A DNA stretch of 63,881 nucleotides, filler included, from Chiloscyllium plagiosum (GCF_004010195.1; 5 parts of 2 records of this genome joined end to end with filler, not necessarily neighbours in it), one strand, 5' to 3'. Counted from the first letter of the whole stretch, positions 9,956 through 21,406 are shown. The notes: generated by a model not told the origin, from the sequence alone. Made by a program: numbers and translations.

Positions 9956-12900
9956 GTCTTTTTCATCCAGACTCTCGTGGGAAAGTTTCCTTCTCTTCTT
10001 CCAGCAGTCACGATATCAAGGCTGCATCCATCTTGGACTCTGAGGATTCCTTGACACTAGCCAGAGGGGAGGACCTACAGTTTCTGACAGGCTTTCTGGC
10101 GGTTCTTAGGGCTAGGTATGTTATATTCATGCCCTGTTTGTGAACTAACAGCTCTCATGTGATCCATGTGTTTGTTCAGGGCTGTATCACTTACCCGAAC
10201 TTTGTCAGCGGTCGCATCAACCTTGCTTCATCCAATATAGGGCTATTTCCATGCTTCCGGCACCAAACTTTGTCCTCTGAATTAAATTGTCTCTCTTGCT
10301 TAGAAGAGGCCCGTGGCTGGCATTGATGTTCCCGCTGCCATTACACATCCCACCACCACCACTGCACCCCACCCCCACCCCCAACCAGGTCGTGTAATAT
10401 CAAGTTTCACATGGTGCAGAAACTTCTACAACTCTGCTAGAGCTATCCCTGTTATTGCATGTGGGGCGGTCCAACAATCGAACAGGAACCAGGACAGTTT
10501 GGTATCAAGTGATGCAGTAGTCTGCTTCTTTAAGACTGTCTTCAATGTTTGTACTGCTTTTTCTGCCAGACCATTGGATGATTAACAGTATGGAGCTGTC
10601 CTTAGGTGCCTAATGCCATTGGACTTTAGGAAATATTTGAATTCCCCACCAGTAAATGATGTCCCATTGTCTGTGATCATTACTTCCAGGAGGCTGTGTA
10701 TCAAAAACAATGCTCACAGCTTCTCAATCATCATCCTTGAGTTTGCCAAATGAACTTTATGCACATCCATCCACTTTGAATGGGCATCCACAATCCACAG
10801 GAACATTGAGCCCATGAAAGGACTGGCATAGTTGACGTGCAACTAAGTCCACGGTTTACCCAGCCATTCCCATGAATGTGGGTCTGCTGCTGGTGGCAAT
10901 TTTTGTCCTTGTTGGCACCCTGGGCACTGCCCCACCAATGCAGCTATGTCAGCATCCAACCCTTGCTGCTAGACATAGCTTCTTGCTAGTACCTTCATCT
11001 TGGAAGCCTGTGGATGCCCCTGGTGGAGTTCAGCCAGTTTCTGATGGTGACCTTTACTCAGGACAATCACCCTTGCTCCCCATAGCAATATGCAGTGATC
11101 TGGTTTCACTGGATCCAGAAAGGTTTCAATCTGGGTTGCAATGGCTCTTTTGTTTCCCCCTTTCCCACCACCTGTTTTAGTTGCACTAGGACAGGACCAT
11201 TTTGTGTCCTCAGTCAGATATTGTCAACGGTGCTTGGAAGCGTGTCCAGAAGTTCAAAGTCTAATTCCTCTTCATAAAGTTACTGGTGGAAATTTGTCAT
11301 ACCAAAGATGATCACATTTATTGTGCGTGCATATTTGAATTCGGCGTCAAACAAAGTCTGGGAAGCATATGCTATCAGGCATTCCTCTCTGTTGGGCCAC
11401 TGATGAATCAACACTGCACCGATGCCGTACGGGGTGGCATTGCAAGTCAGCACTATCTCACTTCGAACTGTAGTGAGCCAGCACCTTAAATGATTTCCCT
11501 AAAGGCTACCTCTTGGCTACATGACCGTTTCCAAGGCTGATGCTTTTTCAGTAGCAGATGTAAAGCAGCCAAGTTGAAGGCCAGGTTTTGTATGAATTTT
11601 CCTTAATAAATCATTAACTTCAGTACAGACCTTGGAGCCCGGACTCCTTTAATCACCCTCACCTTATCCTCTAAAGGGTGTAACCTGGTTTTGTTGACTC
11701 TGTAAACCAAGTAGGTCATTTGGAGTGCCTAAAATGCACATTTTTCCCTTCTAAGCATCTTGCCAGCCTGGGAGAAATATTTAAGCATTATTTCCACGTT
11801 CTCCAAGTGCTCTTTATTGGGCTTTCCAGTTATTAGTGTGTCATCTAATAAATGGCAACATGGGCTAGCCCTTATAAAATGTTCTCTATGGACCATTGGA
11901 AAATGGTCCAGGCTGAGAATACTCACATGACAGTCTTGTGTATTGGTATAAATCCCTATGGGTATTAAATGCAGCGTACTTCTGGGACTCCTCACTCAGT
12001 CGCAATTACAGGTGGACATGGCTCATGTCCAGCTTCATAAAGGACAACACCCCCTACCAACTTTGCATACAGGTCCTCTAATCAAGGGATTGGATATTTA
12101 TCCAGCTACAAGAAGCAATTTATCGTTTACTTAAAATCCCCACAAAGACGCACTGAGCCATCAGGCTTCACAATCGACGCAACTGTGCTGTCCATTCCGC
12201 AAACTGAATTGGTTTGATGATTCCTTTGCTCTCCAAATGGCATTGGACATGCCTTACAAAATCTCAACATGTAAAGTGGCTTTGGCCCCTTTGCTTCCCA
12301 AGCCCTTCCTGAAAAACCTCTGGTTACTTCACTAGTACTTCATTGAGGCAACCATTTTCTGACTGAAAAATGTTGAGCCAATCTCGGTAAATCTTTGTCA
12401 AGCAATTCCACCCTATTTGGCTTGGGCCTGAGCCTATTATTGCATCAGTGGTAACTGCACCAACTGCTTCTAATAGGAGACCAGAACCGAAGTCATACCC
12501 TGAATCTCCAATGATTCCACAGTATCTGTTCCCAGTCTTCTTTACATCTTGAGTAAACTTAAAGGTTGGAGTCCCCAGCGAATGTTGTTAAATTCAGCTT
12601 CTGCAACCACAGATACAGCTGCACCAGTATTAACCTGCATGGAAACTGGGTGATCATTTAACCAACATTAATTTTTCTTGGTTCTCATTTGAACGTTGCA
12701 AAGCAATTTAATTGTAGGGGTACTTTCCAGAAAGTGCAGTCTCCTGGGTACCAGCCCATGCGTTTTCTCACTTAAATCAGGCCTTGCATGATTCCTTTGC
12801 TGTCTCGAGTCAGCATACCAGCAGCAATTACAATGGCTTGCTGGACCAAATCCTGAAGAATTTTTCAGCCATTTGGCTGACACTCAGCTTTGTTGTGGGG

Positions 12901-13605
12901 TTCTGCTGTGGGCTGGCCTAGGGTCCTTCTGCTTAGGATATGCCCTGTGTGAGGCTCTGTGACTGTCTACATTCAAGTGGTGTTCTCCAAGCTCAGTCTG
13001 ACAGATGAGGATGTTTATTTCCATTGGAATACCCTATAGTTCCCATGCTCCACTTGCTGCATTTTCTAATGACAAAGCTAATTGCAGTGCCTGTTTGAAA
13101 TCAGGTTGGGCTTCTGCATGATTACATCATTAATCCCACAAATGGTCTCTCAGCACCTCATTCAGAGTTAACCCAAAATCACATCTCTGCCAGTCGTCTG
13201 AATCTTGTCAATAATCCCAATATGAATTACCCAGTTTCTCTAACAGCTGAATAAAACTGATAGTGTCTCAGGATTACGAGGGGTTTCGGGAGGTAATATT
13301 CCTTAACCAAATCTGTCAACTCTTGGAAGGTTTTAATGCCTACTGCCTTTGGGAAAGTTAAACCCCTTATAACTAAAAATGCTGCAATCCATAAACAGTC
13401 AGAAAGATTATTCATTGCATTTCATTTGCCTCAAAGTCATTTGCCAGGAAAAGAAAAAAAATCACAATCTTTCCAGATAATTGGCCTAGTCTTCATTAGT
13501 AGGATCAAACGAGTCAATCTTCCCAAATAAAGACATGATGCCAGAAATGCTTACACCCAACTCAAAGATGACTGTTGTAAAGAAATGTTCGTCAGGCATG
13601 CACTG

Positions 13606-13621
13606 TTTTCTCCTGTTGTCA
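13606..13621 (-). promoter_or_regulatory. Degenerate primer-binding site of Gypsy element
   Basis: Minus strand TGACAACAGG directly after the 5' LTR, consistent with a CpG-decayed TGGCGACGAG-type PBS. Confidence 0.5.
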
Positions 13622-13889
13622 CTGAAATAACTGCACAGAGGCTGGTATCCATCACACAATCATCTTTTGTAACTTGTGTACAGTACACTGGATTTGGCCA
13701 GCCAGCTTAAAGTCAGTCCTCTGAACTGAGGAGATTCTAAATTTCCTGTTCATGTATTTTTTTCTTTGAATTTTCTTTTTTGGTCGACAACACAGAGGTC
13801 CTTCCTTCTCACAGTACACTGGCTGTGGCCAGCCACTTCAAAGGCAGTCCTCAACTGAGGAGATTCTAAATCTCCTGGTTTTATATATA

Positions 13890-14197
13890 TATTCTTTTCT
13901 TCTTTGTTTTGTATCATCCCAGATTACTGCCAACAGTAGTACTCATATTCCTCAGCACCAATGGTTGTGTGTGTGCAGCGCAAGATACAGTGAAAAACAC
14001 CAAGTCAAAATAACTTTATTAACATTCCACCACCAGAAAAGACACCCATGTGGCCAAAGACACCCATGGCGAGTGACAAACCTTGCCCAGAGCGAGCAAT
14101 GTTTACATGCAAAAAGAGAAGGGGAAGGTAGGGACAAAACTAAAACAGAATTGGAAGGGGACGTAAAGCACTCCATACCACATGGTGCCCACCTTTT
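13890..14197 (-). mobile_element. Tx1-like LINE 3' end, copy 1
   Basis: Minus-strand RWAPCGMECFTSPSN C-terminal motif, AATAAA, then A-rich tail. Confidence 0.7.
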
Positions 14198-14249
14198 CTC
14201 CTGTTTATACATATTCTTTTTTGGAGAGATTCTAATCTCCTACTTATAT

Positions 14250-14482
14250 TTTTTTTCCAGCACTCATATCATGTGTATCCAGGTGTAGGGCACAGTGAAG
14301 AACGAGTTCAGAAATCTTTATTTATATTTCACCACCAAGAGGAAAAGAAACAATCGAGTGGCCAGTGACAAGCAGTGTCTGTCTCATCAAAGGGCAATAT
14401 TGACTGACCAAAAAAGGATGAAGGGGAAGACTAAATTAAAATAGAATTGGAGGGCAAAATAAAAATCTCCACACCCCACGTT
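14250..14482 (-). mobile_element. Tx1-like LINE 3' end, copy 2
   Basis: Homologous to copies 1, 3 and 4 (cagtgaaga..tttatt..ccacca..gtgacaagca); T-tract at the left end. Confidence 0.7.
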
Positions 14483-14488
14483 TGTATA

Positions 14489-14943
14489 CAGTATAACCTT
14501 GATTACCTGAACATCAATTATCTGAATTTGAATCTGAACAAGATCTCAAGGTCTCATAAGAAGGGCATTGGCAACTCAGCATTCAGTTATCAGTTAAACA
14601 GCATTATGCGCGCATTGCCAGATAACCAAGAAATGTTCGATAACCGGCACTCAAATGACTGCCTATTTATGATAGATCGTAATCAGTTAAACAGTATTGT
14701 GGCTTTCATTGCCAGATAACCGAGAAAGTTTTGATAGCCGGCACTCAAATTACCGCTTGTTTACGATAGATCAGTTATTGGTCAAACAGCATTGTGCCAT
14801 GCATTGCCGGATACTGAGAAATGTTCGGATAACTGGCACTCATAAATTACCACTTGTTTACGATCAGATCAATTATCCGAACAATCAATTATCTGAACAA
14901 AATACTCCCCACCCGTCTCATTTCGATAATCGAGGTTCTACTG
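14489..14943. mobile_element. Tc1/mariner-pogo (Tigger-like) MITE with internal ~95-bp tandem repeats
   Basis: TIRs CAGTATAACCTTGATTA / TAATCGAGGTTCTACTG; TA duplication at 14487-14488 and 14944-14945; about three internal repeats. Confidence 0.85.
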
Positions 14944-15235
14944 TATACATTTTTTTCTCCTGTTTTTATATTATTTTTCTTAACTTTTTTTCCTTTTTCT
15001 CCAGCTAACAACAGTAGTGCTTATTTGTTCCCCAGCACCCATGTCGTCTGTGTAAGCAGGTGTAGGATACAGTGAAGAATAATGAGTGCATAAATGTTTA
15101 TTTATATTCCACCACTAGGAAGAAAACACCCAAGTGACTAGTGACAAGCACTGCCCTTCTCAACAAAGGGCTATGCTGAGTGATCAAAAAAGTGAAAGGA
15201 AGGGTAGGGATTAAATCAAAATAGAATGTGAGGGG

Positions 15236-15891
15236 TCCACCAAAACCCTGGAGTTGTTCAGAGAGAGGTGGGTGCCGCAGGGAGTGGAGTGCATCATTTC
15301 TCCCTCCAACTGGGCGGCACGGTGGCACAGTGGTTAGCACTGCTGCCTCACAGCGCCGGAGACCCAGGTTCAATTCCCGCCTCAGGCGACTGACTGTGTG
15401 GAGTTTGCACGTGTCTGCGTGGGTTTCCTCCGGGTGCTCTGGTTTCCTCCCACAGTCCAAAGATGTGCAGGGTCAAGTGAATTGGCCATGCTAAATTGCC
15501 CGTAGTGGTAGGTAAGGGGTAAATGTAGGGGTATGGGTGGGTTGCGCTTCGGCGGGTCGGTGTGGACTTGTTGGGCCGAAGGGCCTGTTTCCACACTGTA
15601 ATCTAATCTAAAAATCTAAAAACTCTATTTAGATTTAGTTCCTCCCCTCCCCTTCACTGTTTTGATCACACAGCACTGCCCTTTGATGTGAAGGGCAGTG
15701 TTTGTCACTGGCTACCCAGGTGCTTTCCTATCTTCCTGGTGGTGGAATTTGAATAAAGATTCGTGCACTTTGTGTCTTTCACTGTGTCTCACACCTGCAC
15801 ACACACACAGCATGGGTGCTGGGGAAAAAATAAGCACTACCGCACTTAGGTGGTAGTGTGGGGGTTAAATTAAAAAAAAAGAGATAGAAAA
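15236..15891 (+). mobile_element. Tx1-like LINE 3' end, copy 4, antiparallel, with 18-bp TSD
   Basis: ELFRERWVPQGVECIISPSN, AATAAA (~15752), terminal stem-loop cactacc..ggtagtg, A-tail; TSD aaaatagaatgtgagggg at 15218-15235 and 15892-15909. Confidence 0.78.
15312..15619 (+). mobile_element. HE1-type SINE (young, CpG-rich)
   Basis: gggcggcacggtggcacagtggttagc head and (aatct)n tail. Confidence 0.92.
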
Positions 15892-16029
15892 AAAATAGAA
15901 TGTGAGGGGAAAATCAACCACTCCACACCCCATGGTGCCCACCTCTTCACCTGTTTATAATGGCCCAGCTTAACAGCCCCAATTAAGGACTTCATAGTCA
16001 ACAAGGTCTACCTGATTCCAATCACTACA

Positions 16030-16820
16030 CAGATGATATAGAAAATTGGTGGGGTGGGAAACAGTTTGGAGGATAGCCTTAGATTACATGAGGATATAGA
16101 CAGGCTGATCAGCAGTAAATGGAATTCAATCTGCATCAGAGTGAAGTGATGACCTCAAGTAACAAAGGAAGGGAATGCATGATTAATGGTAGGGCCTTAG
16201 CAAGCACTGAGGATCAGAGGAACCTTGGTGTTTTTGTATATCAGTTAAGGTATCAGGGGAGGTGGATAAATGATTAAGAAGACATATTGGGCAGTTGTCT
16301 TTATGAGTTGAGCAGAGAATTTAAGCACAGAGAGGTTATGTTTGAACTGCATAAAATATTAGTTAGACACAAATTGTATTGCATGCTGTTCTGGAATCCA
16401 TATTTTGTGATGGCTGAGATCGCATTGCAGAGCATGTTAAGGAAATTTAGCAGGGTGTTGCCTGGGCTGCAGAGTTTCCCTATAAATTGTGATTCGACAA
16501 ATTGGTGTTGTTTTCCATAGAGCAGAGATAGGAGAAAAAAAATTCCCCTTGCTGGAGGGATGAATAACCTGGGGGGAGGGGCAGAGCTTTAAGGTAAGGA
16601 GCAAAAGGTTTAGAGGAGATGTGAGGAAAATATTTTTCACCCAAAAGTAGTGGAGCATACAAGGGTGATAGAGGCAGAAACCCTCATAACATTAAAGAAG
16701 TTTTTCGATGTTCACTTGCAATGCTGGAAAATAGAAAAGAGTAGTTAGGTGATTGTTTTTGACTGGCACAGATGCACTGGACTGAAGGCCATTTTTATCT
16801 GTTGCAGATTTCTATGACAT
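16030..16820 (+). mobile_element. CR1 LINE, 3' part (continuation of 6740-8006)
   Basis: Resumes cagatgat (ADD), KIGG, MEFN; 3' tail tctatgac. Confidence 0.8.
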
Positions 16821-16911
16821 TCATGCATAGTACAGAAATAGTGAAAAGACAATCACTGATAAAGTCCCAGGAATCCTTGATGCTTCATTCAAAGAGCAGT
16901 TCAGTTAATTC

Positions 16912-17196
16912 TAGATTAGATTACCTACAGTGTAGAAACAGGCCCTTTGGCCCAACCAGCCCACACCGACCCTCTGAAGAGTAATCTACCCAGACCCATT
17001 TCCCTAACACTATGGGCAATTTAGCGTAGCCAATTCACCTGGTCTGCACATCTTTGGATTGTGGGAGGAAACCGGAGCACCTGGAGGAAACCCACGCAGA
17101 CACTGGGAGAATGTGCAAACTCCACACACAGTTGCCCGAGGCTGGAATTGAACCTGGGACTCTGGTGTTGTGAGGCAGTGCTAACTACCGTGCCAC
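16912..17196 (-). mobile_element. HE1-type SINE
   Basis: Reverse complement of HE1 head, core and tail. Confidence 0.9.
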
Positions 17197-17269
17197 AATT
17201 CTACTTCCATACTTACCCCATATCTCTACATTATTCACTCCTTCAAGTTGCAATGTTTGTAATCTTGAA

Positions 17270-18470
17270 TTTGGAGATGCCGGTGTTGGACTGGGGTGTA
17301 CAAAATTAAAAATCACACAACACCAGGTTATAGTCTAACAGGTTTAATTGGAAGCACACTGCTTTTGGAGCGCCGCTCCTTCATCAGGTGATTGTGGAGG
17401 ACAAAGCTGAAACTTTATTGCTGGAACAGCACAGGAGGTCAGACAGCATCTAGGGAAAAGGAGATTCGACGTTTCGGGCACATGCCCTTCCTCAGGATTG
17501 TGGAGGACACAATTCTAAGGCCCAGACATTATAGCAACAATTTACAGTGTGATGTAACTGAAATTATACATTGAAAAATACCTTGATTGTCTGTTGAGTC
17601 TTTCATCTGTTCGAATACCATGATAGTTTCACTTCTTTCATGTGTAAATCACAAAACCTTTTTTTAAAACATTACATTCTCAGCTTAGCTGTAACAATGG
17701 GTTTTAGCTAGACAATATGTTGAAGGCGTTAGCCCCCTGTGTTCCCTAGGTAAAAACAATGACTGCAGATGCTGGAAACCATATTCTGGATTAGTGGTGC
17801 TGGAAGAGCACAGCAGTTCAGGCAGCATCCAAGGAGCAGCTCCTTGGATGCTGTCTGAACTGCTGTGCTCTTCCAGCACCACTAATACAGCCCCTGTGTT
17901 CTCTGTCTATGCCATGATGTTTAGATTGATTCCAATCTAAAAAGTGAGATAACAGAGTTTTACATGAATTCATGCAGTGTTTGAGCTCAGAACCAACCCC
18001 CAACGCAGACAGACACACACACAGACAGACAAAGACCCACATGCACTCATATATTTTGTGGGGTGAATTTGTACTTGCAGAGTTACATTGTACTTTGCTC
18101 AAAAACTGCATGAACACTCTTGTTTGTTGATTTTTGTGCAGTATCCATTCATCTGTTGCCATACCCTCTGCTTAGTCTCACCAATATACCATGCCTCAGG
18201 GCATCCTTGCCTGCAGCATATGAGATAGTCAATGTTGTCTGAGTCACATGAGTACCTGCCACGTACATGGTGAGAGGTGTCCCACGTGTGATGGTAGTTT
18301 CCGTGTTGACATTCTGACATGTCTTGTAGAGTCGACAGTGACAAGGTTGTATGGTGTTGTCCTGAAAACCGGGCAGTTTGCTGAGAACAATGATCTGTTT
18401 GAGGTTTGGTGGTTGTTTAAAGGCAAGAAGTGGAGACGTGGGGAAGGTCTTAGCGAGGTGCTCTTTCTCT
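17270..18470 (-). mobile_element. Penelope-like element 3' portion (GIY-YIG), with nested short insertions
   Basis: CDSDNIDYLICCRQGCPEAWYIGETKQ and AFKQPPNLKQ motifs; hammerhead-type core on minus strand near 17360-17390. Confidence 0.82.
17745..17888. mobile_element. Fold-back Penelope pLTR insertion (48-bp arms, 1-nt loop)
   Basis: Arms 17790-17837 and 17839-17886 with one mismatch; ~13-bp flanking duplication agcccc(c)tgtgttc. Confidence 0.8.
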
Positions 18471-19095
18471 TTGATAATTTTGTACATCTCCATCAAGTTG
18501 CCTCTCGCCCTTCTTTGCTCCAGTGAGTAAAGCCTTAGCTCCCTCAACCTCTCTTCATATGACATGCCCTCTAATCCAGGCAGCATCCTAATAAATCTCC
18601 ACTGCACCCTTTCTAAAGCTTCCACATCTTTCCTATAATAATGTAATCAGAAGTGAACAAAACATTCTAATTATAGTCTAACCAGGGCTCTATAGAGGCT
18701 CTTAAACTCAATCACCTTCCTAATGAAAACCAACCCACCATATGTCTTCTTAACAACCTTATCAACTTGGGTGGCAACTTTGAAGAATCCATGGACATGG
18801 ACCCCAAGATTCCTCTGTTCCTCCACACTGCCAAGAATCCTGCCTTTAACCCTGTATTCTGCATTCAAATTTGACTTTTCAAAATGAATCACTTCATACT
18901 TTTCCAGGTTGAACTCCATCTGTCACTTATCAGCCCATTTCTGCATTCTGTCAATGTTCCGTTGCAATCTATAATAGCACTCCACACTATCCACCACTCC
19001 ACCAGCTTTCACATCATTGGCAAACTTAATAACCTACTCTTCCATTCCTCATCCAAATCATTTATAAAAATCACAAACAGCAGAGGTCCCAGAAC
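18470..19095 (-). mobile_element. CR1/HER1 LINE fragment
   Basis: MEFNLEKYEVIHF and ALERVQWRFIRMLPGL on minus strand. Confidence 0.88.
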
Positions 19096-19096
19096 A

Positions 19097-19296
19097 CGGG
19101 CACGGTGGTTAACACTGCTGCCTCACAGCGCGAGAGACCTGTGTTCAATTCCCACCTCAGGTAACTGTCTGTGTGGAGTTTGCACATTCTCCCTGTGTCT
19201 GCGTGGGTTTCCTCCGGGTGCTCTGGTTTCCTCCCACAGTCCAAAAATGTGCAGGTTAGGTGAATTGGCCATGCTAAATTGCCCGTAGTGTTAGGT
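19097..19296 (+). mobile_element. HE1-type SINE, cut by gap
   Basis: HE1 head and core run into the N block. Confidence 0.85.
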
Positions 19297-19396
19297 NNNN
19301 NNNNNNNNNNNNNNNNNNNNNNNNNNNNNNNNNNNNNNNNTTAATTAATTAANNNNNNNNNNNNNNNNNNNNNNNNNNNNNNNNNNNNNNNNNNNN
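19297..19396. other. Artificial scaffold linker (44 N + TTAATTAATTAA + 44 N)
   Basis: Exactly 100 bp; the 12-mer gives stops in all six frames; four identical copies in the window. Confidence 0.97.
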
Positions 19397-19449
19397 GGCC
19401 GAAGTGCCTGTTCTGTGCTGTATTGTTCTATGTTCTATGTTCTAAAACT

Positions 19450-19980
19450 CTGGTGCGGCCGCACTTTGGAGTATTGCGTGCAGTTCTGGTCACCGCATTA
19501 CAGGAAGGATGTGGAAGCTTTGGAGAGGGTGCAGAGAAGATTTACCAGGATGTTGCCTGGAATGGAGAGGAAGTCGTACGAGGATAGGTTGAGAGTTCTC
19601 GGCCTTTTCTCGTTGGAACGGCGAAGGATGAGGGGTGACTTGATAGAGGTTTATAAGATGATCAGGGGAATAGATAGAGTAGACAGTCAGAGACTTTTTC
19701 CCCGGGTACAACAGAGTGTTACAAGGGGACATAAATTTAAGGTGAAGGGTGGAAGGTATAGGGGAGATGTCAGGGGTGGGTTCTTTACCCAGAGAGTGGT
19801 GGGGGCATGGAATGCGCTGCCCGTGGGAGTGGTAGAGTCGGAATCATTGGCGACCTTTAAGCGGCATTTGGATAGGTACATGGATGGGTACTTAATCTAG
19901 GTTAGAAGTTCGGCACAACATCGTGGGCCGAAGGGCCTGTTCTGTGCTGTATTGTTCTATGTTCTATGTTCTATGTTCTA
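19450..19980 (+). mobile_element. Young 5'-truncated CR1/HER1 3' end with (TTCTATG)n tail
   Basis: Open frame LEYCVQFWSPHYRKD..WNALP..; tandem ttctatg tail. Confidence 0.92.
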
Positions 19981-19989
19981 TTCTCTCTC

Positions 19990-20115
19990 ACTACAGCTGA
20001 CGAAGGGGCTGTGCTCTGAAAGCTTGTGATTTCAAATAAACCCTTTGGACTACAACCTAGTTTAGTGTAAATTCTAACTTTGTCCACCCTAGTCCAACAC
20101 TGGCACCTCCACTTC
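19990..20115 (+). mobile_element. Penelope pLTR fragment with hammerhead-like core
   Basis: CTGACGA...GAAA at 19997-20021; similar to 6470-6590. Confidence 0.6.
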
Positions 20116-20239
20116 ATAGTAATGTAGTTGACTCTTAACTGCCTCTGACATGGCTGAGGATGCCAGTTAGGTCAAAGGCAATTAAGATGGGCAGCAAATG
20201 TTGATTTTACCAGTGATGCCCACAAACCATGAAATAAAT

Positions 20240-20590
20240 CATAGAATAGAATCCTTACATTGTGGAAACAGGCTATTTAGCCCAACAGGTTCACACCGAC
20301 CCTCCGAAGAGTAACCCACCCAGATCCATTCCCCTACCCTATTACTCTATATGTACTGCTGAGGAATGCACCTAACCTACACATCCCTGAACACTCTGGG
20401 CAATTTACCATGGCTAATTCACCTAATCTATCTTTTGGATTGTGAGAGGAAACTGGTGCACCCAGAGGAAACCCACAAAGACACAGGGAGAATATGCAAA
20501 CTCCATGCAGACAGTCACCCAAGGCTGGAATTGAATCCAGGTCCCTGGTTTTGTAAGGCAGCAGTGCTAACCACTGAGCCACTATGCCAT
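20240..20590 (-). mobile_element. HE1-type SINE
   Basis: Reverse-complement HE1; the head runs into the tandem array. Confidence 0.88.
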
Positions 20591-21090
20591 CATACCACTG
20601 AGTCACCGTACCACCCATACCACTGAGCCATCGTTCACCCATACCACTGAGTCACTGTGCTGCCCATGTCACTGAGTCACCGTACCGCCCATACCACTGA
20701 GTCACTGTATTGCCTCTCTCACTGAGCCAATGGGCACCCATACCACTGAGCCATCGTGCCGCCCATACCACTGAGCCACCGTGCCGCTCATACCACTGAG
20801 CCAACGTGCACCCATACCACTGAGTCACCGTACTGCCTATACCACTGAGTCACCGTGCCACCCATACCACTGAGCTACTGTGTTGCCCATACCTCTGAGT
20901 CACCGTACTGCCCACACCACTGAGTCACTGTGCTGCCCATACCACTGAGCCACCATGCCACCCGTACCACCGAGTCACCGTGCCACCCATACCACTGAGC
21001 CACTGTGCTACCCATACCACTGACCCACCGTGCTGCCCATACCACTGACCCACAGTGCCACCCATACCACTACTCACTGTGCTGCCCATA
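20571..21090 (-). repeat. 25-bp minisatellite (~21 copies) made of the HE1 5' head
   Basis: Unit cccataccactgag(c/t)caccgtgccg is the reverse complement of gggcggcacggtggctcagtggt. Confidence 0.92.
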
Positions 21091-21406
21091 CCCACAGAAA
21101 GATGAAAAGAAGACAAAAATAAAAATGAAATAATGCAGTTTGCTTTTTCCACAGGCAGCAACATTTATTTTTATTTTCAGTGTTTCTGCCGAAGGAGAGC
21201 AAAATTAACTGATTCTCCAGTGTCATTTCATTTGGACATACACTTGCAGCAACAGCAACACATTGTGTTCCCTGCCTGACGTAAATGGGCAACTAATAAC
21301 TCAATAACCTGAATGTTATAAAGCAAGCTTGAAACAAATATTTTTCTCAATATATAGTGCAGCCTCCATCAGTTTCTTTTTAACTGAAATATCGTAATGC
21401 AGAACA

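Larger units (their letters stand above)
14970..15947 (-). mobile_element. Tx1-like LINE 3' end, copy 3 (split by copy 4)
   Basis: 14970-15235 plus 15892-15947 reconstitute one copy ending at gaggtgggcaccatgggg. Confidence 0.7.
8007..16029 (-). mobile_element. Full-length decayed Ty3/Gypsy LTR retrotransposon with nested insertions
   Basis: TG...CA LTRs at 8007-8978 and 13622-16029; 5-bp TSD CAGAT at 8002-8006 and 16030-16034. Minus strand: gag start MSLFGKIDSFD (ATG at 13536), protease NTGAAVS (~12620), RT IVKPDGSVRLCGDF (~12150) and LDDTLITG (~11840), integrase ITDNGTSF and SSNGLAEKAVQT (~10550-10680). Order is PR-RT-RH-IN. Confidence 0.92.
13622..16029 (-). repeat. 5' LTR of Gypsy element, expanded to 2.4 kb by nested insertions
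   Basis: Starts tgaaataactgcacagaggc and ends ccaatcactaca; both ends match the 3' LTR. Confidence 0.88.

Noticed and set aside
20571..21090. CRISPR-like appearance of regularly spaced repeats (also 61485-61724 and 8530-8745)
   Set aside because: Units are head-to-tail with no unique spacers, there are no cas genes, and the context is vertebrate.
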